Shown here piece by piece: positions 41,012 to 52,056 of a DNA stretch of 64,000 nt. The notes beneath the pieces are model-generated. The model made no database searches and was not told the DNA's origin. It worked only from the letters and a program-made list of their open reading frames with translations. This DNA is from Sphingomonadales bacterium (lineage in GTDB: Bacteria; Pseudomonadota; Alphaproteobacteria; Sphingomonadales; Sphingomonadaceae): positions 7,504-71,503 of the forward strand of contig JBBSUT010000002.1 of assembly GCA_038234155.1 (NCBI GenBank). Reading direction: 5' to 3'. A program made the translations under genes and the position numbers. Positions within the stretch are counted from its first letter, which is position 1; every line of letters starts with the position of its first letter.

Positions 41012-41673
41012 AGGCTGCCGTCGTCCAGTTTCCCGGCTCCAACTGTGACCGCGACATGGTGGTGGCGATCCGCGATGTGTGCGGCGCGGACGTGGCGTTG
41101 GTCTGGCACGGTGAAAGCGCGCTGCCGGACGGGATCGACCTGATCGCGGTGCCGGGCGGCTTTTCCTACGGCGATTATCTGCGCTCCGGCGCGATGGCGG
41201 CGCGGTCGCCCGTCATGCAGGCGGTGGTCGCCGCGGCGGGGCGCGGCGTGCCGGTGCTCGGCGTGTGCAACGGCTTCCAGATCCTGACGGAGGCGGGGCT
41301 GCTGCCCGGCGCACTGATGCGCAACAGCGGGATCGATTTTGTCTGCCGCGACGCCGTGCTGACGGTGGAAAATGCGGATACGCCGCTTACCCGCGGCTAT
41401 GCCGGGCAGACGTCGATCACGATCCCGGTGGCCCACCACGACGGCAATTATTTCGCCGATACGCAAACGCTGGACCGGCTGGAGGGCGAAGGCCGCGTGG
41501 CGTTCCGTTACGCGGACAACGTCAACGGCTCGGCCCGCGCCATCGCAGGGATCGTGAGCCAGAACGGCCATGTGCTCGGCATGATGCCGCACCCGGAACG
41601 CGCGGTCGATGCGGTGCATGGCGGCACCGACGGGCGCGGCCTATTCGAAGGGCTGATCCGGACCATCGCCTGA
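41008..41673 (+). CDS. purQ: phosphoribosylformylglycinamidine synthase subunit PurQ (glutaminase)
   Basis: 221 aa. [28 protein letters not shown] and MPHPER motifs. ATGA overlap with purS. Confidence 0.95.
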   Translation: MKAAVVQFPGSNCDRDMVVAIRDVCGADVALVWHGESALPDGIDLIAVPGGFSYGDYLRSGAMAARSPVMQAVVAAAGRGVPVLGVCNGFQILTEAGLLPGALMRNSGIDFVCRDAVLTVENADTPLTRGYAGQTSITIPVAHHDGNYFADTQTLDRLEGEGRVAFRYADNVNGSARAIAGIVSQNGHVLGMMPHPERAVDAVHGGTDGRGLFEGLIRTIA

Positions 41674-41801
41674 GGGCGCCTCATGCCCATGCCGTTAGGG
41701 CGAAAGCCGCGCGAACTGCGCCAACAGCGCCGCCGCGACGAGCGCGAGCTTTGCGGCGTTGGGATCTATCCCGGCCCAGTCGATCATCGCTGAAACGGCG
41801 T

Positions 41802-42548
41802 TCATTCGACGCGCGTGCGGAAGGGCGTGAAATCGGTCCCCTCATCGTACAGGTCGATCCCCTCGCGCCGCTTGAGGAAGCCCACCACGGCATAAGTGAC
41901 CGGCGTAAGCAGCGCCTCCCACACCACTTTCAGCAGCCAATTGGTAACAAGCACGGTGACCACCGCCTGCGTTTCCCACACACCCAGGAACGCGAGCGGG
42001 TAGAAGATCAGGCTGTCCACCCCCTGCCCCGCGATGGTGGAGCCGATGGTGCGCGTCCACAGCCAGCGCCCGTCGGTGAGCATCTTCATTTTGGCCATCA
42101 CGAAACTGTTGACGAACTCGCCCGCCCAGAATGCGGCAACGGAAGCAAATACGATCCGCGGCACCTGGCCGAATACCTGCTCATAGGCCGCCTGCCCCTC
42201 CCAGCCTTCTGCAGGGGGGAGCGCCACCACCACCCAGCTCATGAATGCCATGAACAGCACCGCGGCGAACCCGGCCCAGATCACCCGCCGCGCGCGGGCA
42301 TAGCCGTACACCTCGGTGAGCACGTCGCCGATGACGTAGCCGATCGGGAAGAACAGGATGCCGGCGCCGTACACCCATTGCGCGCCCAGCAGCGTGACAT
42401 AAGTCGGCTTGGCCGCGCCGATGACGTTGGAGAGCAGCAGGATGGTGACAAAGGCCGCCATCACGAAATCGAAATAGCGCAGCGGCCGCGCGCCCAATGC
42501 GCGCGCATCCATGCGCTGCGGCGCTGCGGTGGTATCGCCCGGGTCCAT
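41802..42548 (-). CDS. yhhQ: queuosine precursor transporter (YhhQ/VUT, DUF165 family)
   Basis: 248 aa polytopic membrane protein. ILFFPIGYVIGDVLTEVYGY and AGEFVNSFVMAKMK blocks. Confidence 0.85.
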   Translation of the reverse strand: MDPGDTTAAPQRMDARALGARPLRYFDFVMAAFVTILLLSNVIGAAKPTYVTLLGAQWVYGAGILFFPIGYVIGDVLTEVYGYARARRVIWAGFAAVLFMAFMSWVVVALPPAEGWEGQAAYEQVFGQVPRIVFASVAAFWAGEFVNSFVMAKMKMLTDGRWLWTRTIGSTIAGQGVDSLIFYPLAFLGVWETQAVVTVLVTNWLLKVVWEALLTPVTYAVVGFLKRREGIDLYDEGTDFTPFRTRVE

Positions 42549-42604
42549 GGTGCCCCTTACTGCTCTTTCAAACCACGCGCAAAGCGGTTAGTCCCGCCCC
42601 TGGC

Positions 42605-42681
42605 GCGCCCGTAGCTCAGTTGGATAGAGCACGAGACTTCTAATCTTGAGGCCACAGGTTCGAATCCTGTCGGGCGCACCA
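42605..42681 (+). tRNA. tRNA-Arg (anticodon TCT)
   Basis: GCGCCCG-TA-GCTC-AGTTGGATA-GAGC-A-CGAGA-CTTCTAA-TCTTG-AGGCC-ACAGG-TTCGAAT-CCTGT-CGGGCGC-ACCA. Confidence 0.92.
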
Positions 42682-42963
42682 GTTTGCCATAGAACTTCGC
42701 AGCAGTGTCACATCGGCATCGGGGTGCTCACGGCCTGCACCAGGCGGCAAATTGGTCCGCGTACGGCGAGACACTCTTTCGGCATTTCGACCTGACCCAA
42801 GAATGCCCGGATATAGCTTATGCGCATCGCGTTCGCCGCATGACGTTAAGCCGCGCGCGAGAAGCCGCTGCGCGGACCTGCCAAGCGAAAGCCGATCGCT
42901 ACTGCCGCTGTGGGTGCTTATCCGAAGCGCTCGTCGGAGGGCGCTGGTTCGGGGCGCAATTTA

Positions 42964-44406
42964 TCAGCCGATGTCGCGCAGCGGCTCCGCCGTCGGCTCT
43001 GCCCGCCCGGCCGCGTGCAGCGTCCGTGCCCGTTTGGCCGCGTACAGCGACCGGTCGGCACTTGCGAGCCCATGCTCCAGCGTTTCACCGGGTACAAGCC
43101 GGTGGATGCCCATGCTGGCTTCAACGGTCATGAAATCGTTCGCGTCCTCAACGCGGCAGCGCATATGCTCCGCGATATCGGCCAGGAGCCGATCGCGCGC
43201 CCCGCCCAACGCCGCGTCGATCAGCATGACCACGAACTCGTCCCCGCCGAACCGGCCCACGAAATGCGGGGCGCGGACCACGCTGCGCAGCGTGCCTGCC
43301 ATGGAAACGATCACATCGTCACCCCTCAGATGCCCCAACCGGTCGTTGACCTGTTTGAACCCGTCCAGGTCCAGCAGCACCAGCGTCAGCGCGCCGTCCT
43401 GCGCGCGGTTGGCAAAGAAGGCGCGCATGGCCTCGCGGTTTCCCAGGCCTGTCATCGGATCGGTCTGGGCCAGTCTGCGCAGGCGACGTTCGAGCTGATA
43501 GCGATCGGAAATATCACGGAACACGCCAATCAGCGCGACCGGCTTTCCGCCGCGGTATTCCACCTCCCCCATCGTGCGCACGCGCTTTCGCACGCGGTCG
43601 CAGGTCACGATATCCAGCTCCGCCTCGAACGGGGTGCCATGTTCTATCGCCTCCGCCATCACACTTTCCAGCCTGACGCGCGAGCGGGGCGTGTAATAGG
43701 ACAAGGCAGTTTCAAGCGGCGGGTCGCCGGACACCGGCAGATCATAGATCGCAAATATGCCATCCGAGCAGGCGACTTTGCTGCTCGCCAGATCAAGCCG
43801 CCAATGGCCCATTTTGGCCATTTTTTCGGCTTGGCGAAACTGCATCTGGCGCTGCTCCAATTCCTTGAGCAGGCGGCTCTGCATCATGGCGGGTCCCTCG
43901 ATCACCGCCAGCCGCATGCTCCGTTCGACAAAGCTGCCTGCTAATCGGCCGAACTGCCGCAATTGCTCCTGCTCGCTGCTGCTCAGTGTGCGCGGGCGCG
44001 TATCGGTGATGCAGAAAGCGGCCGCCAGATCGCTGACCGCGGCAATATCGGGATCGAACGGCAGCGGCAGGCCGGCGTAGAAACGGATGTTTCGTTCCAT
44101 CAGGATCGGGTGATCGCGCAGCTCCGGATCATCAAGCACGTCCGCCACCTCGATCAGATCAGCGGCGCCGACAGTGCGATTGCAGATGGCGCGCGCGCGA
44201 TCCATCGATGCGATCCGCGCCGCCGCGCCGCCGACGCACCACATGCGTCGGCCCAGAACGCTCAGATGGGCGTCCGCGCATCCAAAGGTGTCGCGGGCGA
44301 GCGCGGTCAGTGCCTCGATATCTCCGGTCAACATCAGCTGCGCCAGCGTCTCCGCGCTCTCGCGCGGCGGTGCTCTGTGGATGGTGGGTGGCCAATGCTC
44401 GGTCAT
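42964..44406 (-). CDS. GAF-PAS-GGDEF diguanylate cyclase
   Basis: 480 aa. The C-terminal domain has DPMTGLGNREA...LLDLDGFKQVNDRLGHLRGD...RFGGDEFVV. Confidence 0.88.
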   Translation of the reverse strand: MTEHWPPTIHRAPPRESAETLAQLMLTGDIEALTALARDTFGCADAHLSVLGRRMWCVGGAAARIASMDRARAICNRTVGAADLIEVADVLDDPELRDHPILMERNIRFYAGLPLPFDPDIAAVSDLAAAFCITDTRPRTLSSSEQEQLRQFGRLAGSFVERSMRLAVIEGPAMMQSRLLKELEQRQMQFRQAEKMAKMGHWRLDLASSKVACSDGIFAIYDLPVSGDPPLETALSYYTPRSRVRLESVMAEAIEHGTPFEAELDIVTCDRVRKRVRTMGEVEYRGGKPVALIGVFRDISDRYQLERRLRRLAQTDPMTGLGNREAMRAFFANRAQDGALTLVLLDLDGFKQVNDRLGHLRGDDVIVSMAGTLRSVVRAPHFVGRFGGDEFVVMLIDAALGGARDRLLADIAEHMRCRVEDANDFMTVEASMGIHRLVPGETLEHGLASADRSLYAAKRARTLHAAGRAEPTAEPLRDIG

Positions 44407-44481
44407 GGCCCAAGCTAGTGCTATCTTTTGCTTAATAAACGGTAAGTCAGACCCGAAACTGGCCCGCTTTGGCCTGCGATG

Positions 44482-44919
44482 TCAGCCGCGTAGCGCCACC
44501 AGCACAACGCCGCCCGTGATCATGGCGATACCGATCCAGCCGCGCACACTGAGCTGCTCGCCCAGAAGCAGCGCCCCGAAAATCGCCACCAGAACGACGC
44601 TGAGCTTGTCGACCGGCGCAACCTGCGCCGCCTGCCCGATATCGAGCGCGCGAAAATAACACAGCCAGGATGCGCCGGTGGCCAGGCCCGACAGGACAAG
44701 AAAGACGATCGCACGGCGCGGGATTGGCCCCGGCGCGGAGAATTGGCCGGTGACGAGCAGCAGCAGCCCCAACGCCGCCGCCACCACGATGGTGCGGATA
44801 AAGGTCGCCAGATCGGAATTGATCCCCGCCACACCGAGCTTGGCCAGGATCGCCGTCATCGCCGCGAACCCCGCCGAACACAGCGCCCAGAACTGCCAGC
44901 TTCCCGCGATCCATGTCAT
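44482..44919 (-). CDS. EamA-like (DMT superfamily) small transporter, single-domain
   Basis: In frame with ORF 44482..45015. The start is MTWIAGSWQFWALCSAGFAA. About 5 TM helices. The start is uncertain. Confidence 0.72.
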   Translation of the reverse strand: MTWIAGSWQFWALCSAGFAAMTAILAKLGVAGINSDLATFIRTIVVAAALGLLLLVTGQFSAPGPIPRRAIVFLVLSGLATGASWLCYFRALDIGQAAQVAPVDKLSVVLVAIFGALLLGEQLSVRGWIGIAMITGGVVLVALRG

Positions 44920-45185
44920 GCCCTGCGCTCCGGCCGGTATAAGGAGCATAATGACTATCAGGCCGCCGAGGGGACGTCGCGCACGAACATCGACGGGAAG
45001 CCGTGCATAGACCATGACGCTGCTTCGCGCGTGAACAGCTACGGGATGTCAACGGCGATACCGCGGCCGTGGACGAAGTGCTGCTGAAGAACCTGCCCGA
45101 ATAAGCGCGCCGAAGGGCATGGCCAAAGCCGGCACCTTGGTCCAAGACGGCACGCCAAACCGTTCGATCCGCTGGAGCTTCGCCG

Positions 45186-46865
<1,680 letters not shown>

Positions 46866-46892
46866 TCCCACTGATTTGAGCGGAGACCCCCG

Positions 46893-48056
46893 ATGGCCCA
46901 TTATGGCGACTATCAGAACCAGATCTACAACGCGGGCCTTAGCGGTGTCGTGCCCACGATACCGGTCGATTACGCGACCCTCGTCGCGCGCGCCGAGCAG
47001 GCGATGCCACCGTCGGTACTGAACTATGTACAGGGCGGCTGCAGTGACGAGCATACGCAGGATCACAATGCCGAAGCGTTCAGGCACTGGGGGATGACCC
47101 CGCGCATGATGGTCGATTGCCGCGAGCGCGACTTGTCGATCGAACTCCTCGGCCTCACACTCCCCACGCCGATTTTCATGAGCCCGATCGGCGTCAATGG
47201 CATCGCTACGCAGGACGGGCACGGCGATATCGCCGCAGCCAGGGCATCGGCGGCCACGGGCGTGCCGTTCAGCTCTTCGACGCTGTCCAACGATCCGCTC
47301 GAGGACGTGGCCACAGCGTGCGGCGCTACGCCTGCCTTCTTCCAGCTGTATACGCCCAAGGACAAGGAGCTGGCCGAGAGCCTGGTGAGCCGCGCGGAGG
47401 CCGCAGGCTACAAGGCGATCCAGGTGACGCTCGACACCTGGGTTACCGGATGGCGGCCGCGCGATCTTAACACCGCCAATTTTCCGCAGCTGCGCGGGGC
47501 CGTTCTGCAGAATTATTTCACCGATCCCATCTTCCGCTCGCGCCTCGAAAAGCCCCCGGAGGAAGATCTGCGCACCGCCATCGGCACTTGGGCCGCCACC
47601 TTCGGCAAGGTGCTGACCTGGGACGACATGGCCTGGCTGAAATCGGTCACCAAGCTGCCCATCGTCCTGAAGGGCATCTGCCATGGCGATGATGCGCGGC
47701 GCGGGATCGATGAGGGCGCGGACGCGATCTATTGCTCCAACCATGGCGGGCGGCAGGCCAACGGCGGTATTGCGGCGATCGACATGCTGCCCGATGTGGT
47801 AGCAGCAAGCGGCGACGTGCCGGTATTGTTCGACAGCGGCATCCGGTCGGGTACCGACGTGGTGAAGGCGCTCGCGCTTGGCGCCAGGGCGGTCGGCGTA
47901 GGGCGGCCCTATCTCTATGGTTTGGCGCTCGGCGGCGCGGCCGGGGCGGAGCATGTGCTGCGCTGCATCCTGGCCGAGGCGGACCTGCTGATGGCGGTGA
48001 ATGGCTATCCCAATGTCGCCGCAGTGCGCGAGGCAGGCGCAAGGCGGGCGCGCTGA
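46893..48056 (+). CDS. FMN-dependent alpha-hydroxy-acid oxidising enzyme, lactate 2-monooxygenase-like
   Basis: 387 aa. Collinear, from memory, with mycobacterial lactate 2-monooxygenase (GDYQNQIY..., DTWVTGWRPRDL, SNHGGRQANGG, DSGIRSG.DVVKALALGA). Confidence 0.87.
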   Translation: MAHYGDYQNQIYNAGLSGVVPTIPVDYATLVARAEQAMPPSVLNYVQGGCSDEHTQDHNAEAFRHWGMTPRMMVDCRERDLSIELLGLTLPTPIFMSPIGVNGIATQDGHGDIAAARASAATGVPFSSSTLSNDPLEDVATACGATPAFFQLYTPKDKELAESLVSRAEAAGYKAIQVTLDTWVTGWRPRDLNTANFPQLRGAVLQNYFTDPIFRSRLEKPPEEDLRTAIGTWAATFGKVLTWDDMAWLKSVTKLPIVLKGICHGDDARRGIDEGADAIYCSNHGGRQANGGIAAIDMLPDVVAASGDVPVLFDSGIRSGTDVVKALALGARAVGVGRPYLYGLALGGAAGAEHVLRCILAEADLLMAVNGYPNVAAVREAGARRAR

Positions 48057-48115
48057 GGCGCAACCATCGGGCGCATGGCGCGCTGTCCGTTCAACCGGAA
48101 GCGTGGAGTAGCGTC

Positions 48116-49030
48116 ATGAATGGATTTACCGAGAAAGACGTGCCCGACCAGACCGGGCGTACAGTCTTCATCACCGGCGCCAATGCCGGGATAGGCTTTC
48201 ACGTCGCGCGCGTGCTGGCCGCAAAACATGCGCGGGTGCTCATGGGTTGCCGCTCTGAACAGCGCGCAAACAAGGCGATCCGGCAGATCAAGGCGGACCA
48301 CCCGGTCGCGCAGCTGGAATTTGTTGCGATTGACCAGGCCGATCTGGCCAGCGTCCGCGCAGCGGCTGCGCGCGTGCTGGAGGAGCCGCGACTTGATCTG
48401 CTGATCAACAATGCCGGCATCATGGGCGGGCCGCTGCAGCGCACCAGAGACGGGTTCGAGTCGCAGCTGGGGGTTAATTATCTCGCCCCATTTGCGTTGA
48501 CCGGGCTGCTGATCGACAAGCTGGAGAAAAGCCGCGGCAGCCGTGTGGTCACCACCGCCAGCATCGCGCACCGCCGCGGCAAAATCGATTTCGACGATCT
48601 GCAGGCCGATCGCCGCTATGATCCGTGGAAACGTTATGCGCAGTCAAAGCTGGCCGATCTGATGTTCGCCTATGAGCTGGACCGCAGGCTCGCGGCGGCG
48701 GGGCGCAAGACGCTCTCGGTTTCCGCGCACCCGGGCATGGCCGCGACCGAATTGATGCGCGACCTGCCGGCCCCGGTGCAGGCGTTCTCGCCCGCGCTGG
48801 GATCCGTGTTCAACAGCGCCGCGCAAGGTGCCTGGCCGACGCTGATGGCAGCGACGTCGCGGCAGGTTACCGGCGGCGACTATTGCGGGCCCAACAGAAT
48901 GTTCGGGACGCGCGGCAAGGCGGTCAAGGTTGGCTCGACCAGGCTGAGCAGGGACAATGGCGCCGCGCGGCGGCTGTGGGACGTTTCGGTGGAGATGACG
49001 GGCGTCGATCCGCAGCTGGTTGCTATTTAA
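48116..49030 (+). CDS. SDR family oxidoreductase
   Basis: In frame with ORF 47732..49030. The start is MNGFTEKDVPDQTGRTVFITGANAGIGF (TGxxxGIG). NNAG and YAQSK (YxxxK) motifs. Confidence 0.88.
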   Translation: MNGFTEKDVPDQTGRTVFITGANAGIGFHVARVLAAKHARVLMGCRSEQRANKAIRQIKADHPVAQLEFVAIDQADLASVRAAAARVLEEPRLDLLINNAGIMGGPLQRTRDGFESQLGVNYLAPFALTGLLIDKLEKSRGSRVVTTASIAHRRGKIDFDDLQADRRYDPWKRYAQSKLADLMFAYELDRRLAAAGRKTLSVSAHPGMAATELMRDLPAPVQAFSPALGSVFNSAAQGAWPTLMAATSRQVTGGDYCGPNRMFGTRGKAVKVGSTRLSRDNGAARRLWDVSVEMTGVDPQLVAI

Positions 49031-49307
49031 AATATCAACGCGCGCTATCCGGGGCTGCGCGGTTAACCGCGCGCAGGTCGCTTCATGTCGCGGAGTCACA
49101 AATTTTGCGTTGTGACGCATGCCCCCCAACCATCGGCCCGATCGTGCACGGCCCGCATCCGTCGGTGTGCTCAAGCAGTTTTGGCCATGCGGCGCACGCC
49201 AAACCGGTCGCCGTCGTCATCAGCTCTTGAGTCGCCCACGATCACGGCTATTCCTGTCCGCCATAACAAATAAGGCCGCTTACTTCGCGGCCAGGAGAGG
49301 GAATATC

Positions 49308-51479
49308 ATGCGCTTCAGAAAGACATTCACCACCGCGCTGCTGCTTGGCGGCAGCGTCATTGCCATGCCGGCCGCGGCCAAGGAGGGCATGTTTACGCCC
49401 GATCAACTGCCTGAGATCGCTGATGATCTGAAGGACACCGGGCTGAAGATCGAGACAGACAAACTGGCCGATCTCACCGGCTTCCCGATGGGGGCCATCG
49501 TGTCGCTCGGCGGCTGCTCGGCCAGTTTCGTTTCGCCGCAGGGGCTGGTTGTTACCAACCACCACTGCGTGCGCGGATCGGTGCAGTACAATTCCACGGC
49601 GGACCTCAATTATCTGGAGAACGGGTTTCTCGCCAAGACCATGGCCGACGAAGTTCCGGCCGCGCCGGGCAGCCGCATTTACGTCACCACCCAGGATACC
49701 GACGTCACCGGCCGGATGACCGACGGTACCGCAAACCTGTCCGGTATCGCGCGCTACAATCTGATCGAGCAGCGCATGAAGGATATCGTGGCGGAGTGCG
49801 AGCAAGCGGCCGGCTATCGCTGTCAGGTCGCCAGCTTCTACGGCGGCGACCAGTACAAGCTCATCAAGCGGCTGGAGATCCGCGACGTTCGGCTGGTTTA
49901 CGCGCCCGCCGATTCGGTCGGCAAATATGGCGGCGACGTCGATAACTGGCAGTGGCCCCGCCACACCGGCGATTTCGGCTTTTACCGCGCCTATGTCGCC
50001 CCCAATGGAACCGCAGCCGATTTTGCCGCAGCCAACGTACCCTATAAGCCCGAACATCATCTGAAGGTGAGTGCATCGGGCCTGACGGAAGGCGATTTCG
50101 TGATGGCCGCGGGCTATCCCGGCTCCACCAGCCGCTACGCCCGGCTGGCCGAGGTGCAGAACACGTTTGACTGGCAATATCCCACTTATGTGACGCTGCT
50201 CAACGACTGGATCGATACGATTGAGGCGGCCGCCCCGGACAAATCCGACGCGCGGGTGAAATATGAGGCACGGCTGGCCGGTCTCAACAATTACGAAAAG
50301 AACCTGCGCGGACAGATCGAGGGCGCGCGCAGCGTGGGTCTGGTCGATCGGCGGCGCGCGCGCGAGGCCTCGCTCAATAGCTGGATCGCCGCCGACGGCA
50401 AACGCGCCGGTTACGCCGATGCGATCACTCGGCTCGACGCGCTGACCGAGGAGTCGGCCGCGGCTGCCCGGCAGGATTTCTGGTATAATTTCGCGACCAA
50501 TTCGCAGCTGCTTGGCACGGCGCAGCGGTTGTATCGGCTGGCCAAGGAGAAGGAAAAGCCGAATGCCGAGCGCGCGCCCGGCTTCCAGGAGCGCGACATG
50601 ACCTTTTTCCGCCAGGGTCTGCAGGCACTCGACCGGCGCTTCGACGCGGGCGTCGACAAGGCCGAGTGGATGATGTTCCTGAACGGCTACAAGCGCCAGC
50701 CCGAGGCCGCGCATGTCGCCGTGTTCGACAAGGCACTGGGCCTGACGCCCGCGCTCACCGATGCGGCGCTCGGCAAGAAGCTGGACGCCTATTATGCCGG
50801 CACTGCGCTGGATGAGGCGGACAGGCGGCTGGCGCTGATGGACGCCAGCACCGCCGAGATCGAGGCGAGCAAGGATCCGTTCCTGAAGCTGGCTGCGGCG
50901 CTTTATGCGCACGACCGGATGCAGGAAGATGCGTCCAAAGACCGCTCCGGCCGCTCGATGGCGCTGCGCCCCGCCTACATGGAGGCGATCACCGCCTGGC
51001 AGCGGGAGAACGGCAAGGTCACCTATCCCGATGCCAACAGCACGCTGCGCGTGACCTATGGCACGGTGCTGGGCGGATCGCCCAAGGACGGCCTGATCTA
51101 TACGCCGTTCACGACATTGGAGGGCATCACCGCCAAAGACACCGGTGAGGAACCGTTCAATGCGCCCCAGCGCGAACTCGATCTCATTCGCGCGAAGGAT
51201 TACGGCCCTTATGCGCTCAAGAGTATCGGATCTGTGCCGGTGAACTTCCTGTCCGATCTGGACTCGACCGGCGGCAACTCAGGCTCGGCCACGATGAACG
51301 CGCGCGGCGAGCTGGTGGGCCTGTTGTTCGACGGCACATTCGAGAGCGTGAATTCGGACTGGGATTTCGATCCGCGCACCACGCGCACCATTCATGTCGA
51401 CACCCGCTACATGCTGTGGACGATGGACAAGGTCGATGCCGCGGACGCGCTGATCGCCGAGATGGATATCGTGAAATAG
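49308..51479 (+). CDS. S46 family serine dipeptidyl-peptidase (DPP7/DPP11-like), secreted
   Basis: In frame with ORF 49119..51479. The start is MRFRKTFTTALLLGGSVIAMPAAAKEGMF. GCSASFVSPQGLVVTNHHC (His) and DSTGGNSGS (Ser) motifs. Confidence 0.9.
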   Translation: MRFRKTFTTALLLGGSVIAMPAAAKEGMFTPDQLPEIADDLKDTGLKIETDKLADLTGFPMGAIVSLGGCSASFVSPQGLVVTNHHCVRGSVQYNSTADLNYLENGFLAKTMADEVPAAPGSRIYVTTQDTDVTGRMTDGTANLSGIARYNLIEQRMKDIVAECEQAAGYRCQVASFYGGDQYKLIKRLEIRDVRLVYAPADSVGKYGGDVDNWQWPRHTGDFGFYRAYVAPNGTAADFAAANVPYKPEHHLKVSASGLTEGDFVMAAGYPGSTSRYARLAEVQNTFDWQYPTYVTLLNDWIDTIEAAAPDKSDARVKYEARLAGLNNYEKNLRGQIEGARSVGLVDRRRAREASLNSWIAADGKRAGYADAITRLDALTEESAAAARQDFWYNFATNSQLLGTAQRLYRLAKEKEKPNAERAPGFQERDMTFFRQGLQALDRRFDAGVDKAEWMMFLNGYKRQPEAAHVAVFDKALGLTPALTDAALGKKLDAYYAGTALDEADRRLALMDASTAEIEASKDPFLKLAAALYAHDRMQEDASKDRSGRSMALRPAYMEAITAWQRENGKVTYPDANSTLRVTYGTVLGGSPKDGLIYTPFTTLEGITAKDTGEEPFNAPQRELDLIRAKDYGPYALKSIGSVPVNFLSDLDSTGGNSGSATMNARGELVGLLFDGTFESVNSDWDFDPRTTRTIHVDTRYMLWTMDKVDAADALIAEMDIVK

Positions 51480-51541
51480 GGTTGGCAAACCGGATCAGCG
51501 CCCGACCCCCTCCCAATTGCGGGAGCGGGCGCGCCGCGTCC

Positions 51542-51572
51542 AAAAAAAACGGGCGGCTGCTTGCCCGCCCGT
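51542..51572 (-). terminator. intrinsic terminator downstream of hupB (also faces the S46 gene)
   Basis: ACGGGCGG...CCGCCCGT stem (51549-51572), preceded on the plus strand by A7, which gives a T7 tract on the minus-strand transcript. Confidence 0.7.
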
Positions 51573-51617
51573 TTCCCGGCATTACGCGCCGGTCAAAGCC
51601 GATGACTGAAGTCTAAA

Positions 51618-51635
51618 GGGGCGCAAGCACGCCCC
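51618..51635 (-). terminator. first hairpin after the hupB stop (GGGGCG-CAAGCA-CGCCCC)
   Basis: Perfect 6-bp GC stem 9 nt after the stop. Only a short T run (TTT) follows on the minus strand. Confidence 0.4.
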
Positions 51636-51643
51636 CTGGCGCG

Positions 51644-51916
51644 TCAGTTGACCGCGTCTTTCAATGCTTTGCCAGCCTTGAACTTGGGCTGGGTCGAGGC
51701 AGGGATTGTCATCGGTTCGCCGGTGCGCGGATTGCGGCCCGTGGAGGCCTTGCGCTGCGATATCGAAAAGGTGCCGAAGCCGACGAGACGTACGTCGCCG
51801 CCGTCTTTCAGCGTGGACGTGATGGTGTCGAAAACAGACTCGACGGCCTTGCTGGCGTCGGACTTGGTGAGGCCGCTGGTGTCGGCAACCTGGTTCACGA
51901 GATCTTGCTTGTTCAT
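51644..51916 (-). CDS. hupB: HU family nucleoid-associated DNA-binding protein
   Basis: 90 aa, MNKQDLVNQVADTSGLTKSDASKAVESVFDTI...GFGTFSISQRKASTGRNPRTGEPMTIPA. Confidence 0.96.
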   Translation of the reverse strand: MNKQDLVNQVADTSGLTKSDASKAVESVFDTITSTLKDGGDVRLVGFGTFSISQRKASTGRNPRTGEPMTIPASTQPKFKAGKALKDAVN

Positions 51917-52056
51917 TGGCGAAATGCCCCCTCTGCTATCTTTATCTGATTCATCGGAATCGCGGCTTTGCCGTGGCGCGGAGTTAGGAGCAGCCCATCC
52001 GAACTGTCAAAGGAAAATCCCGCGTTTCCGCCATTTTCAGCGCATGGTTCGGCCCG

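Noticed and set aside
42549-42604. Possible preQ1 riboswitch in front of the queuosine-precursor transporter yhhQ.
   Set aside because: Only 56 nt separate yhhQ from the divergent tRNA-Arg. I could not see a preQ1-I/II/III-like stem plus A-rich tail in the minus-strand leader.
42682-42963. A 282-bp non-coding stretch downstream of tRNA-Arg(TCT), and the flanks of tRNA-Gly at 19929-20218, considered as possible genomic-island integration sites.
   Set aside because: There is no integrase, no repeat of the tRNA 3' end that I could find, no compositional break, and both flanks carry ordinary chromosomal genes.
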